From Octopus vulgaris (Eukaryota): DNA of 64,000 nt. The DNA lies in the NCBI GenBank assembly GCA_951406725.2, contig OX597820.1, positions 106,764,001 through 106,828,000 on the forward strand, read 5' to 3'. Position numbers and translations under genes: made by a program. Under the pieces are notes generated by a model. It was not told the origin of the DNA. It ran no database searches and saw only the letters and a program-made list of their open reading frames with translations. Positions 36,831-50,340 of the stretch are shown one piece after another (positions within the stretch are counted from its first letter, which is position 1; each line of letters opens with the position of its first letter).

Positions 36831-36938
36831 TTGGCGGAGGTAAAGAATACGTACATCACCCGCTTTCGGTGTAACAAAAACCCTAATCCTAACCCTTAAC
36901 CCTAAACGCTGGGTGTACGTATTCTTGACTTGCGCCAA
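36831..36938. mobile_element. Tiny inverted-repeat element with internal (CCCTAA)-like repeats
   Basis: Imperfect ~26-bp inverted termini TTGGCG..AAGAATACGTACA / TGTACGTATTCTT..CGCCAA enclose CCCTAATCCTAACCCTTAACCCTAAA. Confidence 0.6.
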
Positions 36939-36985
36939 ATAATTTATTCAGAATCAATCTACAAATTTTGATTTGAATTAATGTA

Positions 36986-37742
36986 TATAGGTGCAGTCAT
37001 AGCTATTTGGTAAAGAAGTTTGCTTTTCACTACATAATTTTTGGGTTTTCTTTTTAGTTCAGTCTCACAGCGTGGTACTTAGGGTACTTCAACTCTAGGC
37101 CAAACAAGCCCATAGCTGAAAATCCTTGTGTGTGGTTTTGGTAGACAGAAACTAAAAGAAGCCCATCATGCATAAATATATGTTTCCTTGTTTTGACATC
37201 ATGTGATAGTTGTAATAAGTGTTATTGTATCATGTAAGCAGTGTCATTCACTTTCAATATTCTACAAAAGCAAGCTGACAGAATTGTTAACATGTCAGGC
37301 AAAATGCTTAATGACATTATGTCTGTCTTTAAGTTCAAATTCCAATTAGGTCGACTTTGCCTTCCATCCTTTTAGGGGTCAATAAAATAAGTACCTGTTG
37401 AGTACTGAGATCAATGTAATTGACTTCCTCCCTGCTTTGAAATTGCTAGCCCTGTACCAAAATTTGAAACCAATATTTTGCAAAAACATATCTGGCCATA
37501 GGGAAATATATGAATGTTTGTGTGTACCCTTGTCTTGATGTCACATGATAGTTTGTAAAACAAACATCACTCATACCAGTGATACTGTTTCAGCCTTTCA
37601 TGGAAAACATGTTTGGCCAAGGGAAAATATTGCCTTATTTGGAAACAGGTGAGAATTGACAACAGGAAGGCCATCCAGCCCTTGATAAACTGTCCAACTT
37701 AAGCAAGTATGAAAAAGTAGATATCAAAATGATGATGATGCA
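36986..37742 (+). mobile_element. Nested degenerate SINEs (RTE-tailed SINE with a Nin-like SINE inside)
   Basis: Homology to 5988-6410 is interrupted at ~37270-37470 by the 1766-family SINE. Confidence 0.65.
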
Positions 37743-38519
37743 ATAAAATTAATGGACTTAATCCTGCAGTTTCAGCTTTCTGGTGTTGAAAAGTCACTCA
37801 TAAAACCGAGCAATTATATTTATCAGTAATATTAATACGCCAACGATTCGTTTTTATACATACATGAATGGCAAGACTGAAGTGAGTGGTGACGGAGTTC
37901 GTTTTGTGTTTTTAAATGTTTATCAGTATTTTCGGAGTAGATTGATATATACATTGCAAAAAAAGTAGACACATAGATCGAAAGAAAATTTGATACACAG
38001 ACACATTGTTAAATCAAAGACAAATAACTACTTGATGTCACTCACTTTTCATTACCATACAAGGATGAAATTAACTTGCAAGTGGCCGAGTACTCCACAG
38101 AAATGCATACCATTAACATAGTTCTCAGGGCAATTCAGCCTCACACAGAATATGACAAGGCTGGACCCTTTCAATTACAGCTACAACTCATTTTGGCCAG
38201 CTGAGTAGATAGACTGAAGCAAGATAAACCTTCAAGTGGTTGGAAGAAAATGAAAAATGATCCTATACAGGGCAGGAAAATCTTTTTTAGTTGTTAGGGT
38301 CACTATGGTGTTAATTCGGGCCTAACAGCAGCATTTGAGGGTTTTACAGATAAACACTGGTGTGCAGGCTGTTGTTATCAAACTGAGCATGAGTTGAGGG
38401 CAAATACATGACGGAATAGCTATTTTGTCTTAACTTTCACTGTCTATACTAAACACGACATTTTTGCCTTACGATAAGGACCATTTCCTTTTTTTTCACT
38501 CTTTATAAAAAATGTTACT

Positions 38520-38795
38520 CCATTAGTTACAATGACAAGGTTCTTGTTTATCTGATTGACAGAACTGTCAGCTCATAAAATTAACGCGCAAGTGGCTGAG
38601 TACTCCACAGACATGCATACCGTAACGTAGTTCTCAGGGAGATTCAGCCTCACAGAATGTGACAAGGTTGACCCCTCTAAATTACAGTTACAACTCATTT
38701 TGGCCAGTTAAGTGGACTGCAGCAAGGTGAAGTAGAATCATACTCATGACTTTTCGATCATGGGCCGAATACCCCTTACCACTGAGCCATGCACC
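38520..38795 (-). mobile_element. SINE of a third family (related copies at ~38070-38220 and 44165-44455)
   Basis: Shared GTGGCTGAGTACTCCACAGAC..TTCTCAGG..ATTCAG..CACAGAATGTGACA block and a tRNA-like head TGGCTCAGTGG on the minus strand. Confidence 0.6.
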
Positions 38796-39363
38796 TTCAC
38801 TCTCTTAACCGTAGAGAAAAGGAGTGAAGCAATAGAGACAGAGAAAGGAAAGCATCAGTCATTTACAATGACAATTAGACTGAAATACGATTAATCTTTC
38901 CTAGCTTCTTTACTTTTAACAATGAAGAAGGAGGAAAGACATTTATTAATGAATAGAGGGTAAGTCTTTCGGGTGTTTACGTTTTATTCTGCGAGTTCTA
39001 GAACGATTGAGTGTTAGTTCTCTCTTCTTACCCCCACCCCCAGTACATATTCACTTTCTTCCATAGTTCTTCGTTTCTTTTAGTTGGGAGGAAAGACCAT
39101 GTTTTTTTTTTTAGGCACGTTTAACATTTTCTCTACAAACAAGTCCCCCTCTCTTCCTTTTTTTTTTTCATACAAAAGCTAATGCAAATTTCAAATGGGG
39201 TATAGCTGTGAAAAGCCCAGAAAAATTAGTAATATCCCCCACAAAATGGCTGGGGGAGAAAAGTTGCCAACAGGTAGGTACACAATATTTGGCTCTATAG
39301 AGTGTCTTCTACTAGAGCCTCAGACTGAATTGGTAGATGGAAACTGAAAGAAGCCCATTATTT

Positions 39364-42283
39364 ATCATCATCATCATCATTTAACGTCTGCTTTCCATGC
39401 TGGCATGGATTGGACAGTGTAACTGAGGACTGGCGAGCCAGATGGCTGCACCAGGCTCCAATCTGATCTGGCAGAGTTTCTACAGCTGGATGCCCTTCCT
39501 AATGCCAACCACTCCAAGACTGTAGTGGGTGCTTTTACGTGCCACCAGCACGAGGGCCAGTCAGGCAATGCTGGCAATGGCCACACTCAAATGGTATTTT
39601 TTCTGTGCCACCTGCACAGGAGCCAGTCCAGCGGCACTGGCAACAACCTCGCTCGAATGTTGTTTTTCATGTGCCAGTAAGGCAACGCTGACGCTTGAAT
39701 GGTGCTTTTTACGTGCCACCGGCACGGAAGCCAGTCAGCGGCCCAGGCAACGATCGTGCTCCACTAGTACAAATGCGTGTCATCGAATTTGATTTTGTTT
39801 TCACTTTCCTCAACAGGTCTTTGCAAGCAGAGTTTAGTGTCCGATGAATGAAAGGTACGCATAAGTGGGCTGGTTACACCACTGGCATAGACCACGGGTA
39901 TGGTTTCACTTGGCTTGCAGGGTCTTTTCAAACACAGCATATTTCCAAAGGTCTCAGTCACTAGTCATTGCCTTGGTGAGACCTAATGTTTGAAGGTCGT
40001 GCTTCACCACCTCATCCCAGGACTTCCTGGGTCTACCTCTTCCACAGGTTCCCTCAACTGCTAGGATGTGACACTTTTACACACAGCTATTCTCACCTGA
40101 TGATCATACCAGCGCAGTCGTCTCTCTTGCAAACCACATCTGATGCTTTGTCCAACTTTTCTCTCAAGGCACTTACACTCTGTTGAGTATGCACACTGAC
40201 ATTACACATCCAGCGGAGCATACTGGCTTCATTCCTTGCAAGCTTACTCATGTCCTCAGCTGTCACAGCCCATGTTTCACTGCCATGTAGCATAGCTGTT
40301 CGTACACATGCATCATACAGTCTACCTTTTACTCTGAGCGAGAGGCCCTTTGTCGCCAGCAGAGGTAAGAGCTCTCTGAACTTTGCCCAGGCTATTCTTA
40401 TTCTAACAGCTACACTCTCAGAGCATCCAACCCTGCTACTGACTTGGTCACCTAGGTAACGGAAGCTATCAGTTACATCTAGTTTTTCTCCCTGGAATGT
40501 GGCAGAAGCTGTTCCCTGCAAATTTTCAGTGTTTATTGCTCCTGAGCATCTATCACATACAAAAACTATCTTCCTAGTTAGCCTTCCTTTGATATTGCTG
40601 CACCTCTTATGTGTCCATAGCTTACACTGGGTACATCTTATAGAATTTCTACCTATGCCTTTTCTACAGATCGAGCAGGGCCGTCTACCTGAAGGGATTT
40701 GTGGTTTGCCTGCCTTCCTATTTATTAGGACTTTGGTTTTAGCTAGGTTGATTCTAATCCTTGCTTCCACCCCAAAACTTCTCTAGTTCTGATAGTGACT
40801 CAGCAATTAGAGCAAGGTTGTCAGCATAGAGGAACTCCCAGGGGCATCCTGTCTTGAATTCCTCTGTTATTGCCTGGAGGACTATGATCAAAAGGAAGGG
40901 GCTGAGAACTGAACCTTGGTGGACCCCTACCTCTGCCTGGATTTCTTCACCGTACTCGTTGCCAACACTCACCTTACTAGCAGCGTCCCTGTACATGGCT
41001 TGTACAGCTCTCACTAACCATTCTTCTATCCCTAGTTTCCTCATTGACCACCAGATAAGGGATCGAGGGACCCTGTCAGAGGCTTTCTCCATGTCAACGG
41101 AAGCCAAGTACAGAGGTTTATCTTTGGTTAGGTATTTCTCCTGCAGCTGTCTTACCAGAAATATAGCATCAGTGGTACTTTTCCCTGACACAAGCTCAAA
41201 CTACATCTCATCTAAACCAACTCTCTCCTTAATTAGTTGGGCTATGACCCTTTCTGTGACCTTCATTACCTGATCCAACAACTTGATACCTCTGTAATTA
41301 TTTGTATCTAGGGAATCACCTTTACCTTTGTAGCAGTTGACTATTATGCTGCTACACCAGTCATTGGGTATGACTCCTTCGTGTATCACCTGGTTAACTA
41401 TACGGATGACTAGGCTATAGCCGACACTACCAGATATTTTGAGCATCTCTGCAGTAATTCCTGATGGGCCTGGGGCTTTCCCTGTTTTCATGCTTTTAAT
41501 TGCCTTATCTACTAAGGAACTGTCAACTCGGATTGCTGGTCCCTCTGTTGGGTCAACATTCGGCAGACTCTCTTTATCCCATTCATTTTCCTCATTCACC
41601 AACCTTTCATAGTGGCTTCTCCAAACCTCTCTCTTTGCATCCTCATTTAGCGCAAGTGAGCCGTCATCCGTGTGAACACATTTTTCTCCTACCACGTCAC
41701 GATTCTCTCTCACACACTGTCTTGCTATACGAAATACCTCAAGTAACGAAATTCATGTGAATACATTTCTTTCCTACCATTTCAGGATTCTCTCTCACAC
41801 AGTCTTACAACACGAAATACTTCAAGTCTTTGGTCCTCACGGCACAGAACATTGGCAAATTTTTTCTTATCTGCTTCCCCTCTGGCTAAATAAACCTGTC
41901 TCCTAGTTTCCCTTCTGGCAGTCTGATACAATTCCCTGCTACCACCGTTCTTCCAGTCCTTCCAAGCCTGTTTCTTTTCTCTAATAGCCCTATCAACCAC
42001 ATTGTTGCACCACCCACAGATCTGGTCAGTGACTCTCAGCAGGTTGTCCTGTAGAAACCTCCAGTTGACTTCCATATCATGTGATACTATATCCCCTTCT
42101 ATTTCAGCAAAGGCTTCGAGTAATACGTCTCTGAATCCCTGTCCATTTGCAGGATCTTTAAAGCTTCCAGACCCTTCTCCTCCATGCTGGTCGTCTTCTG
42201 GGCATTAAGTTAGCCCTGATCCTGAAGTTGCTAACTACTAGTCTATGTTGAGGGGTACATTCTTCACCTGGGAAGGTTTTGGC
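39364..42283 (-). mobile_element. RTE LINE, 5'-truncated and frameshifted
   Basis: ORF pieces 41782-42075, 41201-41713, 40754-41191 and 40093-40770 are homologous to the 28150 ORF and extend further 5'. (ATC)n tail at 39364. Confidence 0.92.
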
Positions 42284-42298
42284 ATACATACATACATA

Positions 42299-43437
42299 CA
42301 GGGGTTGGACAAAGTAATGGAAACACCTAGCACCATAGCATCATAATTTTGAAATATAAAAATAAACAGGCTTTTGATAGTTTTATAACTGTCAAAAGCT
42401 TGTTTATTTTTATGCTTTTTGATTTACTATTAGTGTTGCTTAAAATGTTTTGCTAAAATTGCTGTTTCTTTTCAGATATCATCAGAAAAAGGTAATTAAA
42501 ATTCATTAAAATGACAGATCTATCGGACTTTCAAAGAGGTCAAATTGTTGGTGTTTGTATGGCAGGTGCTAGTGTAACGAAAACAGCCGAAATGTTTGGT
42601 GTATCAAGAAGTCTTGAAAGTAATGACAGTCTTTGAGAAAGAGGGAAAACCTACTCATTGAAACAAAACTCCAGAAGAAAACCAAAACTTTCAGATAGGG
42701 AGCGTCAGACTCTTATGTGAATTGTTAGAAAGGATCACAAAAGCACAGCTCTCAAAATTACTGCAGAGCTTAATGACCACTTCGAGAACCCAGTTTCCAC
42801 AAAAACTGTTCGCCGGGAGCTGCACAAAGCTGGATTTCATGGGAGGGCTTCAATCAGAAAACCACTACTTTTAAAAACAAACGTTGCAAAGTAATTAGAG
42901 TGGAGTGAAAACCTACAGAATTGGTCCCTCGAGCAGTGGAAGAATGTTATTTTCTGGGACGAGTCATCCTTTATCTTATTTCTGACCACCGGCCGAGTAT
43001 ACATGTGGAGACAGCCAAAAGAAGCATTTGACCCAGACTACCTTCTTCCAGCTGTTAAATATGGAGGAGGATCTGTGATGATCTGGGGGGGCTATATCTT
43101 GGAAATCTCCCAGCCCAATGGTTTTCCTTCATGGCAGAATTAATAGTGAAGACTATTTAAGTGTTTTATCTGATCAAATTCATCCTATGGTTGCGGGACT
43201 GTTTCCAGAGGGAGACACAATCTTTCAGGATGATGAAGCACCAGTTCACACAGCTTCATGGCACAAGGAACATTCTAGTGAAGTTGAACATCTTATCTAG
43301 CCACCACAGCCCCAGATTTCAATATTATTGAACATTTATGATGCATTTTAGAAGTTATAATTACTGCCAAAGGCGGTCCTACTCCATATTAAAATAAATT
43401 TGTTTGAAATTTTAAGGTGTTTCCATTATTTTGTCCA
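42299..43437 (+). mobile_element. Tc1-family DNA transposon, degenerate
   Basis: Left TIR TA|CAGGGGTTGGACAAAGTAATGGAAACACCT. Right TIR AGGTGTTTCCATTATTTTGTCCA has lost its outer bases. Transposase remnants from 42511: MTDLSDFQRGQIVG, WKNVIFWDESSF, FQDDEAPVH, PDFNIIEH, AKGGPTPY*. Confidence 0.9.
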
Positions 43438-43877
43438 GAGGTTGATTTTTTTGGCTAAAGGGCAGTGCTCTAGCATGGCCACGTCAAATGACTGAAACAA
43501 GTAAAAGAATACCAGAAGAACATTCTGTACCACTAAACCAGGAAGGTTCTTTGAATATGTACGATGTATTTTAACGCTAAATAGTAATTCTGTTTACATT
43601 TGCATAATTGAGATATTTTGGATGGATTATATAGTTATCAGTTTTACACTTCTTTATATATTCTGAAACATTTCTCATGGCACCAACACACAATTTACAG
43701 ATGCTTACATTTATGTTTTTGTGAAGTTTTCATGGGTCCAGCTAGTTTTTATATTATTTTAACTGTTAAGTTTTGAATGCAATAAGTATTAATATATTGG
43801 AATTAATTTATTTTCTAACTCATTAAAAATATATCCAATTATCTGTTTATTTTATATTTGCAGCATGACTAGAACAA

Positions 43878-44035
43878 ATGGGTATTAAGGGGCCAAACAT
43901 TGCTTCTCGCCTCATTAAAAGAATTACAAGCAAAAGTTTTTTGTTTCTATCTGGCTTACTATTAGTAATTGGTAATGAATATGTTTTACATTTTGCCCAC
44001 TATCTCCAATGGGCACCTATCCCTGTGGAAACAAG
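43878..44035 (+). CDS. Cdc1/MPPE1-like metallophosphoesterase, coding exon 1 (TM segment)
   Basis: Acceptor TTTGCAG at 43863. MGIKGPNIASRLIKRITSKSFLFLSGLLLVIGNEYVLHFAHYLQWAPIPVET, then donor AG|GTAAT. Phase matches the next exon. Confidence 0.8.
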
Positions 44036-45119
44036 GTAATGATGTTTTCTTTCATATTTTTACCCTTCCAATAATTATCCCGTTTTACCCTCTCTCCCCA
44101 ACTAAGGTAGCCATGTGTCTCCTCTACTGCAAGTCCTTTTTTTGTCCTTCTACTCATACATGAAGATGCATGGCTTAGTGGTTAGGGTATTCACTTCACA
44201 ATTGTAAAGTCATAAGTTTGATTCCTGATGGTGTGTTGTGTTCATGAGCAAGACACCTTATTCTATAACTTGGCTCGCAAAAATGAAGTGTACCTGTAAT
44301 TCAAAGGGCCAACCGTGTCACAGTCTGTGTCACACTGAATCTGCCTGAGAATTGTTACGGATATGCATGTCTGTGGAGTGCTCAGCCACTTAAACATTAA
44401 TTTCACGATCAGGTGATCCACTAATTGAATCCTTGTCATAACCAATGGAGTGCCTGTACTATTAGTACTCTAACATCTTATCACCTGGCACTAAATCACC
44501 ACCTTCAATACTACTACTACCTCAGTTGAGAGGTCAGTTCCTTGGTGATTTCATTGTTACAGATGCTATATAAAAAGCATCCAATGCACTGTAAAGTGGT
44601 TGGCATTAGGAAGCTATAGAAACCATGCCAAAGCAGACAATGGAGCATGATGTAGTCTTTGAACCTGTCAGAGTGTGTCAAACCATTCAGCCCATACCAG
44701 CATTGAACATGGACATTCAATGATGTGATGATGATCTTTATATATATATATGTGTTTGTAGGTATGTATGGTTAATGCCGTAGACTAGTTGTAAGCTCCC
44801 AGCAACTTGATTTTATTTCCAAACTATTATTTAGGTATTCCACTCTAATCATGTATGCTCTTGAGACTCATGCTATCTTATTTTCTATTTTTTCTCATAA
44901 ATCAATTTTGAGCCAAGTTATCAAAAAAATTGACTATGCCCGATCAGTTAAAATCTCTTATTAATTCAGGCATTTAGGCATCAAACTGACAGAGTTGATA
45001 AGATGCCTTGTGTTTATGACAAGAGTTTACTGATAATCTTGCATGTTTTATTTTAATCTAGAAATTTAATCTGTGTTGACATTCCTCAAAACTTCCTTTC
45101 TTTTTTTTCTGTCTTCCAG

Positions 45120-45227
45120 ACATGATGGAGACATGGTGCTCCTCCTTGTTTCAGACCCACAAATACAAGGTTACCAAAGAGAGCCAGCCTTTCCAGTAGG
45201 GTATTTTTCACGATGGGATGCAGACAG
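45120..45227 (+). CDS. Metallophosphoesterase coding exon 2
   Basis: AG/GT bounded. HDGDMVLLLVSDPQIQGY..RWDADR (motif I, DPQ as in Cdc1). Confidence 0.9.
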
Positions 45228-45334
45228 GTATGTATATGTATCCAACTCATGCTAACAGATGATGTTATGATTGTGGTGGTTTGAACAACTATCTAAAGGT
45301 GTGGAATGCTGCTAAATGTGGAGAATGCATGGGA

Positions 45335-46000
45335 AATAGAGAGTTTGCCAAATGTAGACCCAACTGAGGGACCAGCTATCTGAATCAACAGTAGCTTGAT
45401 AGATAAAGCAATTAAGGATGTGAAGACAAGGAAAGCCCCTGACCCATCAGGCATCACAACTTAGATGCTTAAAATATGTAGTGGAGTAGGACATATCCTA
45501 GTCACTCATATAGTTAATCAGGGTGTCTGTAAATTAGTCATACCCAACGATTGGTGTAGCAGCATTGTAGTCAGCTGCTACAAAAGCAAAGGTGATGCCT
45601 TAGATAGAACAAAGTTTAGAGAGCTTCTACCTTTGCTGATAAATAAGAGCCTCTCTTTGAGAGTGAAAAGCAAATTGTATGATGCCTGTGTATATATAGC
45701 TATGTTACATGGCAGTGAAACATGGGCTTTGACTGCAGAGGATTTGCGAAGGCTTGAAAGAAATGCAGCTAGCATACTCCACTGGTTGGATAATGTCAGT
45801 GTGCATGCACAACAGAGTGTAAATGCTTTAAGGAATACTGTGTATAAGAGGCATCAGACATGTACAAGAGAGAAGACTGCACTGGTTTGGTCATGTAATT
45901 CATATGGATGAGGATAACTGCATAAAGAAGTACTGAGCTCCAGTTGTGAAAGGGGTAGACCCAGGAAGACATGGGACAAAGTGGTGAGAAAGGATCTTCA
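45335..46000 (+). mobile_element. Degenerate internally deleted RTE fragment
   Basis: IPNDWCSSIVVSCYKSKGDA is joined directly to KFRELLPLL..MLHGSETW, so the RT core is deleted. Confidence 0.8.
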
Positions 46001-46019
46001 GATAATAATAATAATGGAA

Positions 46020-46640
46020 TTATTGTATTCAGTGCTCAGGTGCACCACAACTTGTCAAAAAGTGCATATAAAGCATATGCAGTAATGTACAAATGTCTGG
46101 AAAGCGAATAATGTATGAGTCAGATCCATGCTTGCATGTGTATGGAGGGGAGAAAATCAAGCGTAGTGTTGGCGAATCTCAGGAAGCATGGAAGTTTTGA
46201 AGGATGCAGTGCTCCGACAACAAACAACTGATGCCAGCAGTTTGTTCCATGCTTCAGCAACTCTTAGCGTGAAAGAATGTTTCCGAAAGTCATGGGAGCT
46301 GTGCTGTTTTCTGACTTTGTAAACATGTCCATGGGTGTTAGACAGGTGGAGTTTGAAAAGGTGCTCAGAGTTGTTGTTGGTAAGATGGTTAATAATTTTA
46401 TGGGTATCTGCCAAATCAGCTGCCAGACATCGGAGTTTCAATGTATCCATGCCTAGGGAAGTAAGGCATTCAGAATATGGCAAATGCACGTTGCTGAACA
46501 GTTTCCAGACGATTAATATCCTGGGCAAGATAGGGGTTCCAGACCAGTGATGCAAATTCCTGGTGAGGCCACACCATAGCTATATAAAGCCTCAGATAGA
46601 TAGCCAGAGAGCGGCTCACAAAGGACTTGGTAAATGGTGC
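46020..46640 (-). mobile_element. CR1/L2-like LINE 3' fragment
   Basis: LPYSECLTSLGMDTLKLR..HSFTLRVAEAWNKL. A short related piece lies at ~50131-50240. Confidence 0.7.
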
Positions 46641-47631
46641 TAAGATGCTGGGCTACGCTGAGGAAATGACAAGGGACTTAGAAAAGTAGCGATTTGCTGT
46701 ACTTAATAAAACGCATCAAGCTAAGTAAAATTGCTACCTTCTACACATACAGGCTTGTCCTTTTGAGTGCCAATGCCACAAAAAAGCATGCATACTGCTG
46801 CTGCATAAACACACCTGTGCCAGTGTTACATAAAAAGCACCTAGCACACTGTCAAGTGGTTGGCATTAGAAAGGGCATCCAACCATAGAAACCATGCCAC
46901 AACAGACAGTTTGTGTCTGGACAGCTCCATGTCAAACTGTCCAACCCATGCCAGCATGGAAAGTGGAGATTAAACGATGCTGATGAATCAATACTTATTT
47001 TAAAAACCATATTCTTCAATGTTCCAAAGTGACTTGCTTTGAAAAATAATGCCTGATTTCATGCAAGACAATTGTTCCACAGAAAAAGAGGGTCACATAT
47101 CAAAACACAATAAAGTGCATAATATATAATGTAATTATTTCATATATATTGCATACATATAACATTTGAAATGCATAAAAGTCCTTCAGTTTGCGATAGT
47201 CAATAAAATAGAAATAAAATTTAAAAATTCTTTCTGTGTAGTCTGGTACTGGTGGGGACCCCTGCATTAAATGGTTATGGGAAATTAGCCCATCATTTCT
47301 TGGACAATGACTGTCTTAGCAGTGGCTGCACTATTAGAAGCTTGTTTTCTTAAAATGTGTATTATTGTTACTGTTGAAAAAATATTACATATTATCCTTG
47401 TCATTTAATGTCCGCCTTCCATACTGGCATTGGTTGGATGATTTTACAGGAGCCTGCACCAGACTTCTGTATCTGTTTTGGCAGTTTTTATAGCTGGATT
47501 CCCTTCCTAACACCAACTACCCAGCAAAGTGGACATACATATCTTTCATTATATTCTGAATTTCTTTTTGCTGCAAATGGCAACCTTTTCTGTTACATAA
47601 AAAAAAAATGCTTTCTTTCCTTCCCTTCCAG

Positions 47632-47794
47632 GTATATAAGCCGTTCATTTAGTATGGCATTTCTCCACTCCTCACCAGATATCATTCTTTTCCTTGGTGA
47701 TCTAATGGATGAAGGTAGTATCGCAACCAATGAAGAATATGAGTTATATTACCAAAGATTGCAGAATATTTTTCAGGATGCTGCTGAAACCAAG
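47632..47794 (+). CDS. Metallophosphoesterase coding exon 3
   Basis: AG/GTGAGT bounded. YISRSFSMAFLHSSPDIILFLGDLMDEG..RLQNIF (motif II GDxxD). Confidence 0.92.
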
Positions 47795-49291
47795 GTGAGT
47801 TGAACATGTATGTGAGCGTATTTGTCATCATCATTGTCATTGTTTTAACATCCACTCTTCTTTGCTTGCATATGGGTTAGATAGAATTTGATGAGGCAAA
47901 TTTCAACAACCAGATGCTTTTCCTGTCACTAACCCTCACCTCTTCCCAAGTGAGATAGTAGTTTACCTTGGCTGGCATGTTTTCACAGAAGAATGGAAAG
48001 GAATGAAACTGCTTGTATGCTTACAACTATCATTTAATGTCAAGACAAGGAGACACAAATGCATACACACACAAATGCAATGGGCTTCTTTCAGTTTCCA
48101 TCTACCAAATACATTCAGAAAGCTTTAGTTAGTCCAGTGCTATAGTAGAAGATACTTGCTTGTAGTTAGGAAATCACCTTCTTAACCACACAGCGATGAC
48201 TGTGCATTCTGGGAAAATAATGTAGTTGATTGGGAAATATGAAATTCAATGTATTGGATTAGTACCTTGAGTTGCTACACAACCATGTCATTTCAGGTTC
48301 AACCCCACTACACAGCACTTGGATAAATGTCTTCTACTTAAGTTTTGGGCCAACTAAAGCCTTGTAAGTAAATTTGCTGGACAAAAACTGGAAAGAAACC
48401 ATTGTTAACGTTTCAGTGTGTATGTGTGTGTGTTTCTGTCTTGTTCTGACATCAAACACTGACTGTAAACAAACATCACCATCATTTGAGTGGTACTATT
48501 TCTTTGCAATTTCCTGGGAAAACATGTCTGAGCTAGTGGAAAATATTGCCTTGCTTGGAAATAGATGGAGGTTGGCAACAGGAAGAGCATCAAGCAATAG
48601 AAGATCTACTTCAATGAATCTTGTCTGATGCAAACATGGAAAAGTAGACATTAAAACTATGATCAAGACAAGAAGGATATAATCCTATTAGTACATATAG
48701 CTGACCAGTCATTACCAGTCAAATAGGTTGACTATAGTTAGTTTCAGTGTTCCCCAGTTAATCTGTGTATGTGTAGTGGAAAAGGTGTATCAGAATGTGT
48801 TGAGGTAAACAGATGCGATAGGCATGTGGATGCCTTCCAAGTAAATAATGGAATGGCATCGATTTATAGTTTACATAATTTATTTACGGGACTTGCGTTT
48901 GCTGGTGATATACACAATTTTTCACTGCATTTATTTGTTGCTAACTGCTTCGAGCTGGAGAAGAATAAAAACAACAGGATACATCTGTGGATATGATGTG
49001 GTAGAACTGAATATGCTTTGTGTCTATGTGTTCGTTGTTCATCTGAGAAAGTACTGGTCAGCTATCTTGTGCACTCTATCTACGTACCAGATCCTTTCTG
49101 TCTATAGGTCAGCACCTGGCCATTTGAACTGAGGTTGAAGGTCAAAGGGAGATGATCTATAATTTTTTTGACAGGACAAAAAATTTCTTTCATGGCTGTT
49201 TGGCCAGTGGTGACTCAGACAAGCGAGAATCCTTAGATTCGGTTTCGAATCTAAGCTTGGAGAAAGGGAGTGTTAGTTTTTACATATGTTT

Positions 49292-49499
49292 TTAACTTTT
49301 TGATACCAGCCTGCTTGAGACCACCGAATGGTGTTATATAAAATGATTTAAATTAAAAACTTCCATCAAAGTATCATGTTAATTTATGTTCCAAACAGCT
49401 TAAAAATGACAAAATTATTTTACTAAATTCTTCATTATTTTCAAAATTAATTGAAATAAAGACTGAATTTTGTTAGAAATATGGTAACAAAAGAGTTAA
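49292..49499. mobile_element. piggyBac-type MITE copy
   Basis: TTAA|CTTTTTGATACC...GGTAACAAAAGAG|TTAA. Confidence 0.65.
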
Positions 49500-49691
49500 T
49501 GCTGCAGAGTCAGCAAGAAGCAAATAGTATTGTAGTAACACTCAAAAAGATATGAATATAATTGCTGAAATATATGAAAAAAGATATTTCTGCATATATC
49601 TCCAAAAGTAATTTTTTTCACCTGACTTCTCTATATTACTACTAAACCATCTTCAGTTTTTAATAATGTTCAAACAAACTTTATTATTATA

Positions 49692-50043
49692 GGTGCACAT
49701 GTGGTTGTGTGGTAAGAAGCTTTCTTCCCAACCACATGGCTGAAGGTTCAGTCCCATTGCACAACACCTTGGGCAAGTGTCTTCTGCTATAGCCTTGGGC
49801 TAACTAAAGCCTTGTAAGTGGATTTAGTAGACAGAAACTGAAAGAAGTCTGTCATGTTTGAGTTTGTGTGTCCCATGCCACCACTTGACAACAGGTGTTG
49901 GTTTGTTTACGTCCCCACAACTTATCAGTTTGGCAAAAGAGACCAATAGAATAAGTACTGGGGTTGATTCATTTGACAAAAATTCTTCAAGGCAGTGCCT
50001 CAGCATGGCCACAATCTAATGATTGAAATAAGTAAACGATAAA
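49692..50043 (+). mobile_element. tRNA-derived SINE with CR1-like 3' tail
   Basis: Same head as the 5988 SINE (TGGTTGTGTGG..GGTTCAGTCCC..CACCTTGGGCAAGTG), but it ends in GGCAGTGCCTCAGCATGGCCACA, like the LINE 3' end at ~54850. Confidence 0.75.
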
Positions 50044-50340
50044 ATATTATATATGGAAGAAAACTTCTGTTTTACACATACATATTTGTTTCCAATTTTA
50101 TGATATGAATAATAATAATAATAATAATAATTGTGTACAGTGCTCAGGTGCACTACAACTCATCTAAAGTGTATATATAATCAGGTGTAGTTTCAACAGA
50201 TTTCGGGAAGCATGAGGGCCTTAAAGGATGCAGTGTCATGAATAAAAATGAATATATGAATAAAAATGAAAAACTTTTATATATTGCCTTGTTAATTAAA
50301 CAGACTGACTTGGCATGATATAATCATGATAATTTTTCAG

